IMG/VR virus record: IMGVR_UViG_3300036760_000150
Coordinates: 32,001 to 96,000 of that record
Direction: 5' to 3' (one strand)
Length of the DNA: 64,000 bases
DNA from: a virus
A program made the translations under genes and the position numbers. Position 1 is the stretch's first letter. The number at the start of each line of letters is the position of its first letter. Shown piece after piece: positions 28,564 through 38,267 of the stretch. The notes below the pieces were generated by a model. The model was not told where the DNA came from. It searched no databases and worked only from the letters and a program-made list of their open reading frames with translations.

Positions 28564-30382
28564 TCTGTTTAATGACGATCAGACGACTGTCGACAGCTGC
28601 GTTGAACTCAGAGGCATGGTCCACCAACAAGTACGTCTTGTCTGCACTTTTGAACTTAAAGAACTCGAGCAAGGCCTCTTTGCTGTTGTAGTCTATGGCG
28701 TCAAAAGGTTCATCCAAGAACTTATACCCTACGTACACACCAAGTCGTCTGCTAAGTATAGTATCTAACGCCTCATCGACTGCGATGCTGAGACTTCGTT
28801 GTTCGCCACCAGAAAGAGATCCTAAACTTACTTGATCTTGACCGTCCTTTATCTCACATGTGATCTCTTTGCTTATGTTACCAGTGCTCTTCACCATCTT
28901 ATCTGGTTTAAATGTAACATATAGATGACGTATGTTGGGGATCATCTGTATGTTTTTGTTAACTTCGTAGTTCATCTCGTCGAGTACTCGATCGAAGATG
29001 TGGCCTATGAAGCCACCACGTGAGAGTACCTTCTCGGCGTAAGATAAGATCTCAACGTCGTCCACAACAAACGACAACCTGCCTTCTAACGCATCTAGCT
29101 CGCTAAGGTATTTGTTGACCTGGCTCTTGGCAGCCTCCAAGTTTTTTGCCACACTGTCGATGTATTGTTGAGCAGACGACAACGCAGATGACATGGCATT
29201 GCTGTTCATGAGAAGTTGAGATCTTCTCTCGTTAAGTACCCTCACCTCTTTGTCGACACTCTGGCTTTGTATCTCTACAAGTATGTGTGACTTTTGGTTG
29301 AGAAGGACGGACGTATCAGGTAGAACTTGTAGATCTTGCAGTTTCACATACAGTTGGTTAGCCTCAACCGTCAAGGAGGAGATCTGTCCATCGACATCTT
29401 GTGCCAGTTTGGCTGTATCTTGGTTATGTATCTCCTGCTTACAGGCATAGCAGATGTTCTTTGCCACATATGACTGCCTGTTCTTAAGATCTTGCATCTG
29501 AGACGCAATCAGCTTTATCTTCGACTCTGTTTTGATCTTATCCGACCTCTTTGAGTCAACTGATGATATCTCAAGATCTATCTGTTTAACTCGATTCAAC
29601 AGGTCGTATGGTGCAGGGCGACTTTTGACCGCAGCGATCTCCGAGTCTACTTGTTGAACATCTTCTTTTATCTTCTGGATAACAATCTTGTACTCATCAA
29701 TTGATGCTTTCTTGGTTGAAAACTCTTGGCTGGAGATATCTTTGAGCATACTATCTACACGCACCTGTGATTGCTCTGCGTTTTCTTTTAAGAACAGGAT
29801 GCGGGATGATAAAGTTTTCATCTCATCGGTAGCTTTTGATGATTTTGCTTTGATAGACTCCTGAGCTTTCTCTAGGGATGATAAATTCAAGAATACGCCC
29901 AAAAACTCCTTTTTCTCAGAGTCTTTCATGCGCAGGAATCCGCCGTACGACCCCTGTTCTCTGTATGTCAGGTACATGAAATGTTCAGGAGACAGCCCCA
30001 TCAAGTTGACGATCTTTTCTTGAACGTCATCTGCCTTGCCGTCAATCATTGCACCGTCAAACTGTGCTGTTAACTTACCTCCTATAGTGCGATCAACGAC
30101 AAGCTCCTTTCCATTAACATCTAGCACCGCAGACAGTGAGGTGGGCTTATCAGAGTTATGTCGGTTCTTTGAGTCTTTTGTTGTCAATCCTACCGATGAA
30201 GCTCCAAACAGGGCTACCTTATCGGAAAGTATGAGGGAGGTTTTTCCTGAACCATTGGACCCTCCATTATCTTTGTTCTGACCAACAACAGTACATACAG
30301 CGTTGGTAGGTACAAGGAAAGATTGGTTGACACCTATGTCTCTGAAGTTTGAGATGTTAACCTGTTTTAATGATATTCTCAT
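28532..30382 (-). CDS. sbcC: SbcC/Rad50/gp46-like ATPase
   Basis: NGSGKT, CYAC Zn hook in coiled coil, LSGGE, LDEPF, VDH. Confidence 0.92.
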   Translation of the reverse strand: MRISLKQVNISNFRDIGVNQSFLVPTNAVCTVVGQNKDNGGSNGSGKTSLILSDKVALFGASSVGLTTKDSKNRHNSDKPTSLSAVLDVNGKELVVDRTIGGKLTAQFDGAMIDGKADDVQEKIVNLMGLSPEHFMYLTYREQGSYGGFLRMKDSEKKEFLGVFLNLSSLEKAQESIKAKSSKATDEMKTLSSRILFLKENAEQSQVRVDSMLKDISSQEFSTKKASIDEYKIVIQKIKEDVQQVDSEIAAVKSRPAPYDLLNRVKQIDLEISSVDSKRSDKIKTESKIKLIASQMQDLKNRQSYVAKNICYACKQEIHNQDTAKLAQDVDGQISSLTVEANQLYVKLQDLQVLPDTSVLLNQKSHILVEIQSQSVDKEVRVLNERRSQLLMNSNAMSSALSSAQQYIDSVAKNLEAAKSQVNKYLSELDALEGRLSFVVDDVEILSYAEKVLSRGGFIGHIFDRVLDEMNYEVNKNIQMIPNIRHLYVTFKPDKMVKSTGNISKEITCEIKDGQDQVSLGSLSGGEQRSLSIAVDEALDTILSRRLGVYVGYKFLDEPFDAIDYNSKEALLEFFKFKSADKTYLLVDHASEFNAAVDSRLIVIKQNGVATINAEV

Positions 30383-30384
30383 TC

Positions 30385-30660
30385 CTACTTCTTCTCCGTT
30401 GGGTCGTCTCGTTTTTCTATCAGCTCAAGGAGTTTATCACCACGCTCTTTTAGTTTGTTGGTGATGTCCTTGCGTAACTCAACCTTGCGAGCCATATTTC
30501 CGTTGTCAACAACCTCTATGCTGTTTGTAGAGACATCTGGCAGCTGTCTCTCCATGACGCCGCCGCAGTAACAAACCAGGTGTCCTACCTGGTCTTTGGC
30601 CTGTTTGTAGATCTTCTTCATCACATTGTTGCAGAGGTTGCATTTGTATACAGTCATCAT
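30385..30660 (-). CDS. FmdB-like Zn-ribbon protein
   Basis: YKCNLC...CYCGG.M. Confidence 0.65.
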   Translation of the reverse strand: MMTVYKCNLCNNVMKKIYKQAKDQVGHLVCYCGGVMERQLPDVSTNSIEVVDNGNMARKVELRKDITNKLKERGDKLLELIEKRDDPTEKK

Positions 30661-30697
30661 GACTTAGCTCTCCATCACAATTCTAACTGATGAGTTG

Positions 30698-32545
30698 TTA
30701 GAATCTTGGTTCCCACTTATCCCACTCCTGCTCTCTGTCAGCTTGCGATAGGGTGCGCTGTGTGGAGTGGTAGTCTGCTGCTTCCTCTGAGTCTAGTGTA
30801 GAATCTCTTTGAAACACCACTATACCAGACAGCCCCATCAACATCTTCGCAACAGAGAGGCTGTTCTTTATAGCGTACAGTACCGCCGAGGCCGAGTCAA
30901 TGACACCGATCTCGATAGCGTCTCCGAACTTATGATTTAAAGCATCGTACGTGTAGAAGAGGGCGGTCGATGTCTGCTCTTTCTTTAGCAACCTATCAAG
31001 CCAACTGCGACGGTTGAACATCATATTCTGCCAGATCTCTAATACCTCACCGATATTCTGTCCACCATTCGTCAAGATGCGCCTGAATGGCTCCACAAGA
31101 GACTTACCCATGATGTACTTGACTGCGTCTGATAGGGCTGGGTTGTTGTGTATCTGACTAGCTAAAGTGTTGAGCGTCTTGGCGCACCCAGGCAGGACAC
31201 CGTCTTTTATAGCACCCTTTATAGCACATACGGCATCTTCTACCCTATGACGCTTCTCCTTGAGTTCAGCCTCAGAGCTGCCATACACCTTGAGCCTGGC
31301 GATGCCACCAGTTAGTATAGACATACGCTCTTTCATCATCTCGGCGTCGTACACACTCTCTGCCTGTTTGGCTTGCTGCTCAAGCTCCTCAACCCGTGGT
31401 ATCAACAGGCCTTCATCTGGGGTACCGATGATCAGACTTTTGTAACGACTATATTCAAACGTCTTCATGCTGTCTATGCCGAGGTCTTTTATCTCAGCTC
31501 CAGGAAGAGGCTTACTGAGAGGGTCGAACACAGATGCTCCAGTGAACGATGATACGTCTAAGAGGAAGTGGTACGGGCTGTTTGCCTGATGAGTCATAGG
31601 GGTGATCACAGGTATCACGTTGATGGTGTTTGGAGCTTTGAAGTTTGACGCCAATGTGGCAACGACGCTCTCAGAGAAGGCGTGAGCGATCAAAACTATG
31701 TTAGGCGACATAGCGTCTTTATCGTGTTGTTGAGCGTCAGATGCATTACCGATCTTATCGAACAAAGGCAACAGTGAGTTTATATCTGTGATCTTCCCGT
31801 TGTACAGAATAAACTTTGGCTTGTCTAGCATCGTCCTGTAATTCGACCTGTCGTTGATGAACTCCTCAAGGAAACGTCCGCAACTGTCTTCAAACCCTCT
31901 TGCGATAGGGAAACCGTCCACTTTCTCAACTCCGAAGCCTCCCATACCAGATGACTCTGCGATCGTAACCTGACCATTTGTGCCTACTAGACCAAAACAC
32001 TCCATTACCGCATCGGTCATCTCGACGTCGTTGTTCGTGGAGATCAACGCCACCTTACGCATGAGGTCATCTTTGTTCTCGTTGGTTATCCTGACAGCGT
32101 TACTTCGTATGAAGGGGACTATGAAGTTCTCAAACGACTTCTCAAGCTCGCGCATGATCTTCTGAGAAGACAGACGTGGATTCTTCTCCAAGTACTCAAA
32201 ACCGTTTCGTATTAAGGAGTCCGCCAGGATCGTAGCTGTAGTGGTCCCATCCCCTGCCTCTACGTTAGTTTTCGAGCTACTGTCCCTGGCGGCCTCCAGC
32301 ACTACCTGCGCAGTTGGATCTGCGAAGGCCATTGAATTGAACACCGTTATGCCATCTTTCGATAGGTAAGGTCCTAGGTTCTCCTGACGTTCGATGAGAA
32401 CTACCTTGCCGTTGGGGCCTAGTGTACTTCCTACCATTGCACTGGCTTTAGCAAGCGTCTTTAAGACTATATCTTTCAACTTTTGATGGTTGTAGGTAAT
32501 CGTCTTCGCTGCAGTTTTAGACTTAGCTACCTCTCGGTAGTACAT
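30698..32545 (-). CDS. groEL: chaperonin GroEL
   Basis: TLGPNG, KDGITV, AGDGTTTA, RVEDA, GVID; start set at MYYREV after GGGAGG. Confidence 0.93.
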   Translation of the reverse strand: MYYREVAKSKTAAKTITYNHQKLKDIVLKTLAKASAMVGSTLGPNGKVVLIERQENLGPYLSKDGITVFNSMAFADPTAQVVLEAARDSSSKTNVEAGDGTTTATILADSLIRNGFEYLEKNPRLSSQKIMRELEKSFENFIVPFIRSNAVRITNENKDDLMRKVALISTNNDVEMTDAVMECFGLVGTNGQVTIAESSGMGGFGVEKVDGFPIARGFEDSCGRFLEEFINDRSNYRTMLDKPKFILYNGKITDINSLLPLFDKIGNASDAQQHDKDAMSPNIVLIAHAFSESVVATLASNFKAPNTINVIPVITPMTHQANSPYHFLLDVSSFTGASVFDPLSKPLPGAEIKDLGIDSMKTFEYSRYKSLIIGTPDEGLLIPRVEELEQQAKQAESVYDAEMMKERMSILTGGIARLKVYGSSEAELKEKRHRVEDAVCAIKGAIKDGVLPGCAKTLNTLASQIHNNPALSDAVKYIMGKSLVEPFRRILTNGGQNIGEVLEIWQNMMFNRRSWLDRLLKKEQTSTALFYTYDALNHKFGDAIEIGVIDSASAVLYAIKNSLSVAKMLMGLSGIVVFQRDSTLDSEEAADYHSTQRTLSQADREQEWDKWEPRF

Positions 32546-32654
32546 CGAGCTTCCTCCCTGTGTAACTTCTTTACACCATATGCTCCTGTCAAGATAACAC
32601 ACACAGCCTAAAGCTGACAAGGCCAGAACAACACAATAGAAATCTTATCTGGTG

Positions 32655-32683
32655 TTGACAAAGTAGACAGGAGCAAATATCAT
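32655..32683 (+). promoter_or_regulatory. consensus sigma70 promoter
   Basis: TTGACA-17 nt-TATCAT at the strand-switch point. Confidence 0.75.
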
Positions 32684-32781
32684 CAACACTTACTACCTTA
32701 ATTGCTCAAACAACCTAGATATCCAGGGAGAGATCTCTTTAACAATGATCTATTCTTTATATAAAGATAATAAGTAACACA

Positions 32782-34146
32782 ATGATCAATAAGATTCATC
32801 TCAGTGTTACCTATGATATCTTCTTGTCGATTTGGAGAGAGAGACACCGTGAATTGTTTGGTTCTCAGTCTCGTGCTCCATACGGCGAGTCTTCTAGGCA
32901 TGAGTACTCAGTGTTCTGTAAGATCTGCTGTCAAGTCATGTACGGCAAAAAAAACACTTCATGCTCATCTGGCAACTTGTGGAAGTTACCCTTTGTTGCT
33001 CTAGGTGAGCTTCAGAAGTCCACCTACTACCATGGCCACAACTCAAGTGCTTCCACAGTCTTCAACAGGCAGGAGTCGTCTTTGGATGTAGCCGACGAGA
33101 TGTTCTACTCCTTCATGTGTGTCACCCTGGAGTACATCAGGGATGGGTCGCCTGACTATGGACGAGGTCTAGGTTTACCCAAGTGGTTCAAGAAGTACGA
33201 CTTCATGTCGTTTATACGTAGTGTTTACGGCATAGTGTCTAACCCAGACCATGTAGCCTCGATCATGGATGTACCTAACTCTAAGAACAAAGCGTACACA
33301 GAGGAGGATGCATACAACATGGCTCGTTACCGCGACACAAAGTACTGCATCAGCTACTGTCGTGACAACTCGCCAGGCGTGTGGCTGCGTGGTTTCAAAG
33401 ACGAGGGTGCGTTCACAAGGTCTGTGTCTAGACTCTACGACGAGTGTGTGAGAACGTACGTGGAGCACACCAAGTACGGCATGATAGGTGAAGACGAGGC
33501 TAAGGTGCAACTTAAGGCGCATCGTCTTACGGAGAAGGTGTGTGAGAGGTGGGCTCGTGCGTTAGCGTACCTGTCCTGCATGTCGTCTAGACTTGGTAGA
33601 CCTGTCGACATGCACTCCTCACTTCAACGTGATGTGTTTGGTCGTCACTACAAGCTTCTACGTGAGGCATCCATGAACCTTGGTTGGCTTGTCTGTGTGG
33701 ATGACACCTACAGCCCAGGTTCTAGGTGTATGACGTTTCAACCTCGCGTGTGTTTCGACAAGACCGTCAAGGTTGATAGAACTCCTAGGTTGAACAAGGC
33801 CGAGGCACAGGTCGTGTCTGACTTAAGTCGTTACAGCCTCAAGGATGTTGGTAAGCAGCATGGTGACGAGGTTGTTCAATCTGTCAAAGATCGTGTGTCC
33901 TACCTTGAAGCATGTACGACCCTCAAGGATGTGGCTACTCGTGTGCAGTCAGCATACGGTAAGTACCTGTGGCGTTACGGTGACGACGGCACTGACATCG
34001 TCAACATGCAGTGGTACAAGTCTAATGAACTTCGTCAGTGGCAAATGACCAAAGATAAAGCTAAAGGTGTGTGTGATTGGTACCGTCTTAAGTACAGCAG
34101 ACCTCGACAGCAGTGGTGCGGTAGTGTAAGATTGAGAGTAGCATGA
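32782..34146 (+). CDS. hypothetical protein (possible replication/origin-binding protein)
   Basis: 454-aa ORF; basic and aromatic; first gene of rightward arm. Confidence 0.6.
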   Translation: MINKIHLSVTYDIFLSIWRERHRELFGSQSRAPYGESSRHEYSVFCKICCQVMYGKKNTSCSSGNLWKLPFVALGELQKSTYYHGHNSSASTVFNRQESSLDVADEMFYSFMCVTLEYIRDGSPDYGRGLGLPKWFKKYDFMSFIRSVYGIVSNPDHVASIMDVPNSKNKAYTEEDAYNMARYRDTKYCISYCRDNSPGVWLRGFKDEGAFTRSVSRLYDECVRTYVEHTKYGMIGEDEAKVQLKAHRLTEKVCERWARALAYLSCMSSRLGRPVDMHSSLQRDVFGRHYKLLREASMNLGWLVCVDDTYSPGSRCMTFQPRVCFDKTVKVDRTPRLNKAEAQVVSDLSRYSLKDVGKQHGDEVVQSVKDRVSYLEACTTLKDVATRVQSAYGKYLWRYGDDGTDIVNMQWYKSNELRQWQMTKDKAKGVCDWYRLKYSRPRQQWCGSVRLRVA

Positions 34147-34156
34147 AAGGTAACCA

Positions 34157-35596
34157 GTGAGATTTGTCCAAAGAGATCCTTTAAAACTTTACGTACACGA
34201 CTGCTCTGAGCAGGAGCGTGTAGACCTTGTTAAGTTCTTGTCTTACAAAGACAAGTCTGTCGAGTACCAGATAAAGAAGTTAAGGTCGAACGCACACTAC
34301 TACAACAGGATGGGTGAGTCTTGGTTCACTGAGCGTATCGAGACGTTGAAGTCTCAGGTCAACAAGTTCGTCATGTACCAAGACGAAGGTGGCATGTACA
34401 CCTTGGCTGGCTTGAAGACCAAGTTGGCAGGTCGTTTCATGAGTGCGACATTCGATGTTGATGTAAAAGTGCCAGAAGGATCATCTCTCCCCTGGTCTAA
34501 GGAGCCTGAGTTTCAACTGCGAGATTACCAGTTGGACGCTAAAGAGAAGTTGCTAAATGTTGTTCATGGTAACGTAGAATTGCCACAAGGATCAGGTAAA
34601 AGCAACATAATTTTGCACGTTGTCAGGGAGCTAGGCCTTAAGACGTTAGTCGTAGCCCCATCTACAAATATCGCAAAGCAGCTATATGAATTGTTTGTAT
34701 CTCACCTATCGAAGAAGTATGTTGGATTCTACGGTGGTGGTAAGAAAGAGACGAAGAAGTTGATAACGGTCTCCATAGCTCAGTCTGTCACTAAGATAAA
34801 TCCTGGATCTGAAGAATGGAAGAACTTGTCATCTTGTGATGTATTCGTGGCAGACGAGAATCATCTGTTTGCTGCCGATACTTTTGCCAAGATTGCAACC
34901 GGTATTGCAGCCGGTTCTGTATGGCGGATGTTTTTCTCAGCTACTCCTGAGAGGAACGATGGTAAAGATATACTTCTACAGGGCGTCATAGGTGATGCTG
35001 TGTGCAAGAAGACTCCAATAGAGTTGATGGAGAGTGGCCACCTTGCGAAGATCAGCACATTAGTCGTAGATGTTGAGTCTGAAGATACATACATGACAGA
35101 CAACGCATTGAAGATGAACCAGACGCATCTATACTCAAACAGGAAGATAGTGAAGTTCATATCTGACGTGTGCTACTCTTCGTTCATGGATGGCGTCCCA
35201 ACGTTAATCTTGGTCGACGAGCACTCACAAGAGGCTCTTCTTAAAGCTCACATGCGTAATACATACGAGTATGCCTCAGGTCAGTCTGACACATCTAAGA
35301 TCGTAAAAGATTTCAACGATGGTAAGATCCTTTGTGTAGTTGGTACCTCTGCGGTTAGCATGGGTACTGACTTCAAACCAGTCAGGTTGACGATCGCATG
35401 GCAAGGCAACAAGTCTGGTACCAAGGTTAAACAAGGGCCTATTGGCCGTAGCACTAGAATTGACGAGAAGAGTGGCAAGAAAGACTGTAAGATAATTGAT
35501 TTCAGGGTCACCAACGCTCCAATGCTTAAACGTCATGCTGATGTTAGGATCAAACACTACATGGAGGTTGGGCCGGTAAGGTACACAAAAATTTAA
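34157..35596 (+). CDS. uvsW: UvsW-like SF2 helicase
   Basis: LRDYQ, PQGSGKS, DENH, SATP, GRSTR. Confidence 0.88.
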   Translation: MRFVQRDPLKLYVHDCSEQERVDLVKFLSYKDKSVEYQIKKLRSNAHYYNRMGESWFTERIETLKSQVNKFVMYQDEGGMYTLAGLKTKLAGRFMSATFDVDVKVPEGSSLPWSKEPEFQLRDYQLDAKEKLLNVVHGNVELPQGSGKSNIILHVVRELGLKTLVVAPSTNIAKQLYELFVSHLSKKYVGFYGGGKKETKKLITVSIAQSVTKINPGSEEWKNLSSCDVFVADENHLFAADTFAKIATGIAAGSVWRMFFSATPERNDGKDILLQGVIGDAVCKKTPIELMESGHLAKISTLVVDVESEDTYMTDNALKMNQTHLYSNRKIVKFISDVCYSSFMDGVPTLILVDEHSQEALLKAHMRNTYEYASGQSDTSKIVKDFNDGKILCVVGTSAVSMGTDFKPVRLTIAWQGNKSGTKVKQGPIGRSTRIDEKSGKKDCKIIDFRVTNAPMLKRHADVRIKHYMEVGPVRYTKI

Positions 35597-35597
35597 C

Positions 35598-36884
35598 ATG
35601 GACGAGAACAGTTTACTGTACACATACATAAAGGAGTTGAACGAAGAAGCCAAGTTGCTTGATCATGGCGTCATAGACTCGTTGTTTGCGAAGTTGATAT
35701 CTCTTGAGAAGTCATTTGAGGTTAAACTCCGCAAGACTGCGAAAGGTAGAAAGATCTATGCTGTGTTCATCAACATGATCTACAAGTCTAACCGAGGTAT
35801 GATCTCCCTAAGGCCTTACTTCCGTCAACGTGAGCACATGTTCTTGGGTACGATTAACAAAGCGGTGGAGAACAACAAGCCAGAGGAGCTGTATGGTTCC
35901 CCTGTCAACTACAGGTTCATGGCATTTGCGTTAGAATGTCTTAACAGCGCCAACGATGAGAAGAGAAATAGCACATCAGATGCTGGTGAAAATCATCAAA
36001 AAGAACTCGCAGACATACTTGAGAAAGTTAAGATAGTCAGAAATGAGATCGTCAACAGCAACCTGTTCCTCTCTCTAGGACGAGCTAAGATACACAGCCG
36101 ATCGTCTTACAGCTCCTCCATAGATACCTCTGACCTTGTTCAGATCGCCAACGAAGCTCTGATCACTGCTGTCGACAAGTACGTACCCGACTCAAGGTCT
36201 GTGTTCGCACATATGGCTATAGGTCGTATCATAGCTAACTTGATCGCAGAAGGGTCATCACCGTCCTCAGCAACTATAAACTCAAGTGGTAAGAAGAAGT
36301 TGTATAGGATACGGAAAGCACTTGAGAAAGCTCCATCTGCTAACAGAGCAGAGATCGCCAAGATCTTAGAGATCGCAGAGCAGGAAGTCAATGAGCTGTT
36401 AGAGTCAACACATTACTCTAGCCTTGACCAACCGTTGTATGAGGGTGATACTAGGACGTTGGGTGATACTGTAGAGGATGTGAAGACAGACCCGCATAAC
36501 GAAGTGGAACGTCGAGACATGTTCATGAAGCTGTTCAGGGCTTATGATTCATTGTCCGTGATCGAGATGAAAGTTTTAAGATTAAAAGGAGTTAACCCTA
36601 TGCGTACACTCAACAAGCATGTGGCTGTGACTGTTCCTACCTTGAAAAAAATAGAGGAAAGAACGGTGAAAGGGTTCCAGATGTCTGAGAATCTTACCAC
36701 TGCTCTGGTAGAGTCGCAGGTTATGTTTGACTCAGAGAAGTTCAAGGTTGGTGAAGTTGTCTACTTCAGGGCTGATATTAAGAATCACAGTTACATGAGT
36801 CAGAAGTACAACTTCGGTGGTAAGGAGTTCTTGCTCGTGCCAGAGGAAATGGTCGTGGCAGTTAAGAGTGCCGATGAAGCGTAA
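35598..36884 (+). CDS. sigma70-like factor (regions 2, 3, 4.1) fused to C-terminal GroES-like domain
   Basis: DLVQIANEALITAVDKY (r2), EIAKIL..SLDQPL...TLGD (r3), LSVIEMKVLRL (r4.1), then GroES-like 94 aa. Confidence 0.82.
   Translation: MDENSLLYTYIKELNEEAKLLDHGVIDSLFAKLISLEKSFEVKLRKTAKGRKIYAVFINMIYKSNRGMISLRPYFRQREHMFLGTINKAVENNKPEELYGSPVNYRFMAFALECLNSANDEKRNSTSDAGENHQKELADILEKVKIVRNEIVNSNLFLSLGRAKIHSRSSYSSSIDTSDLVQIANEALITAVDKYVPDSRSVFAHMAIGRIIANLIAEGSSPSSATINSSGKKKLYRIRKALEKAPSANRAEIAKILEIAEQEVNELLESTHYSSLDQPLYEGDTRTLGDTVEDVKTDPHNEVERRDMFMKLFRAYDSLSVIEMKVLRLKGVNPMRTLNKHVAVTVPTLKKIEERTVKGFQMSENLTTALVESQVMFDSEKFKVGEVVYFRADIKNHSYMSQKYNFGGKEFLLVPEEMVVAVKSADEA
36600..36884 (+). CDS. groES: nested in-frame GroES-like co-chaperonin (94 aa)
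   Basis: AGGAG at 36587-36591, ATG at 36600; MRTLNKHVAV..EERTVKGFQM..KVGEVVYF..FGGKEFLLVPEEMVVAV aligns by eye to GroES. Confidence 0.72.
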   Translation: MRTLNKHVAVTVPTLKKIEERTVKGFQMSENLTTALVESQVMFDSEKFKVGEVVYFRADIKNHSYMSQKYNFGGKEFLLVPEEMVVAVKSADEA

Positions 36885-37902
36885 GTACATTCTCGTAGGA
36901 GACTTGCATGCTCAAGTTGGTAACCTTGAGGATACCGAGGTGGTGTTTGATAAAGTAGCTATGCTTGTTCGTGAGCATGGTATCGAGTTTGTTGTTTACC
37001 TAGGAGACATGTACCACACACACTCTGTCTTAAGACAAGAAGTAGTTGAACTTCTCAGACGCAAGCTGCCTGAGACGCGAGGTACATGTCAAGGTAAGCC
37101 TGTGGTACTTGTTGGTAACCATGACTTGGTTGGCCCTACCAGCACGTCGATGAATGCTTGTGAGTTGACTCTGTCTGATGTGGCTGCTGTCGTATCTGAG
37201 CCAGTAGAGGCTGGACCTGTGTTGTACATGCCATTCACCCCTGATAACAGTAAGTTCGTAGAGGAATGTAAGAAGTACTACGGCACATCTCTTGTTGTAT
37301 GTCATCAGACATTTGATGGTTCGCAATACGAGAATGGTTTCTATGCTCCAGGTGGAGTAGATCAAACTTTGATACCACAGAAGGTTGTCATCTCGGGTCA
37401 TATACATAAATCGCAGAAAGTTGGTAAGGTTACATACGTGGGTACCCCACGAGCCCTCACTGCTGCAGAGTGTGATGAAGATAAAGGTCTTGTCATGATG
37501 ACCTACGATGATGTGACGTGTGGTGTTGAGCTTAAGATGTACTCGTTGAACGGATTGGTGAAGACTTACAAGAAAGTTGACGTACAAGAACCAGCTGAGT
37601 TTGATATGCCGCTTTTGAACGGTTGGGGAGCCAAAGACCACGTCATGCTGCATGTGCATGGATCTGAAGACTACTGTGAAACCTTCGTGAAAGATAAGTT
37701 ACCCGTACTAAAACAGCTTCGACCTAAGACGACTATAAAGGTGGCCTGTCATGTAGAGAAAGTTGTTGATGGTAAACCTATCATGGACGTATCCTCTGAG
37801 AGTGTTACGGATTCACTTCGTAAGTATGTAATGGAAGTTGCTGACATGAAGGCGACACTAAGAGAGAGGGTATGGGAGACGATATCAAGAGAACTGAAGT
37901 AG
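36874..37902 (+). CDS. sbcD: SbcD/Mre11/gp47-like nuclease
   Basis: GDLH, LGD, GNHD, HQ, SGHIH, YVGTP. Confidence 0.9.
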   Translation: MKRKYILVGDLHAQVGNLEDTEVVFDKVAMLVREHGIEFVVYLGDMYHTHSVLRQEVVELLRRKLPETRGTCQGKPVVLVGNHDLVGPTSTSMNACELTLSDVAAVVSEPVEAGPVLYMPFTPDNSKFVEECKKYYGTSLVVCHQTFDGSQYENGFYAPGGVDQTLIPQKVVISGHIHKSQKVGKVTYVGTPRALTAAECDEDKGLVMMTYDDVTCGVELKMYSLNGLVKTYKKVDVQEPAEFDMPLLNGWGAKDHVMLHVHGSEDYCETFVKDKLPVLKQLRPKTTIKVACHVEKVVDGKPIMDVSSESVTDSLRKYVMEVADMKATLRERVWETISRELK

Positions 37903-38267
37903 AGAATAAAGATTGGATTCTCGCTCGGTTGTTGTTTGAGAAGTTCTCTATACTTCATGATTTTCATCAGATACAGATGAAGACGTATATAGTGGCATGT
38001 TGCAACATCTCTTTAGGTGGAGTTGCAAAACTATCTGTCGCTGACAAGACTATAACGTATGAGTTGGCAACAGAGAGGAAGTTCAAGAAGACTGACAATG
38101 AGCTTGTCGAGAAGAACAAGTTTATCGGACTATGGAGTGTCCCCCCTGTTCGTTACAAAGTAGAGAAGGCTCTTGCCTACGATAATCTGGTGAAATGGAC
38201 GCGACAACTTCTTTGGAACGACACGAATGTTATCTTGGTTGTAGATGGGAAGTCTTATGCTGGATGA
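37872..38267 (+). CDS. hypothetical protein
   Basis: GAGG SD, coupled. Confidence 0.65.
   Translation: MGDDIKRTEVENKDWILARLLFEKFSILHDFHQIQMKTYIVACCNISLGGVAKLSVADKTITYELATERKFKKTDNELVEKNKFIGLWSVPPVRYKVEKALAYDNLVKWTRQLLWNDTNVILVVDGKSYAG

Noticed and set aside
32546-32620. N-terminal extension of GroEL given in the ORF track
   Set aside because: A strong SD precedes ATG 32545, and the extension overlaps the regulatory region
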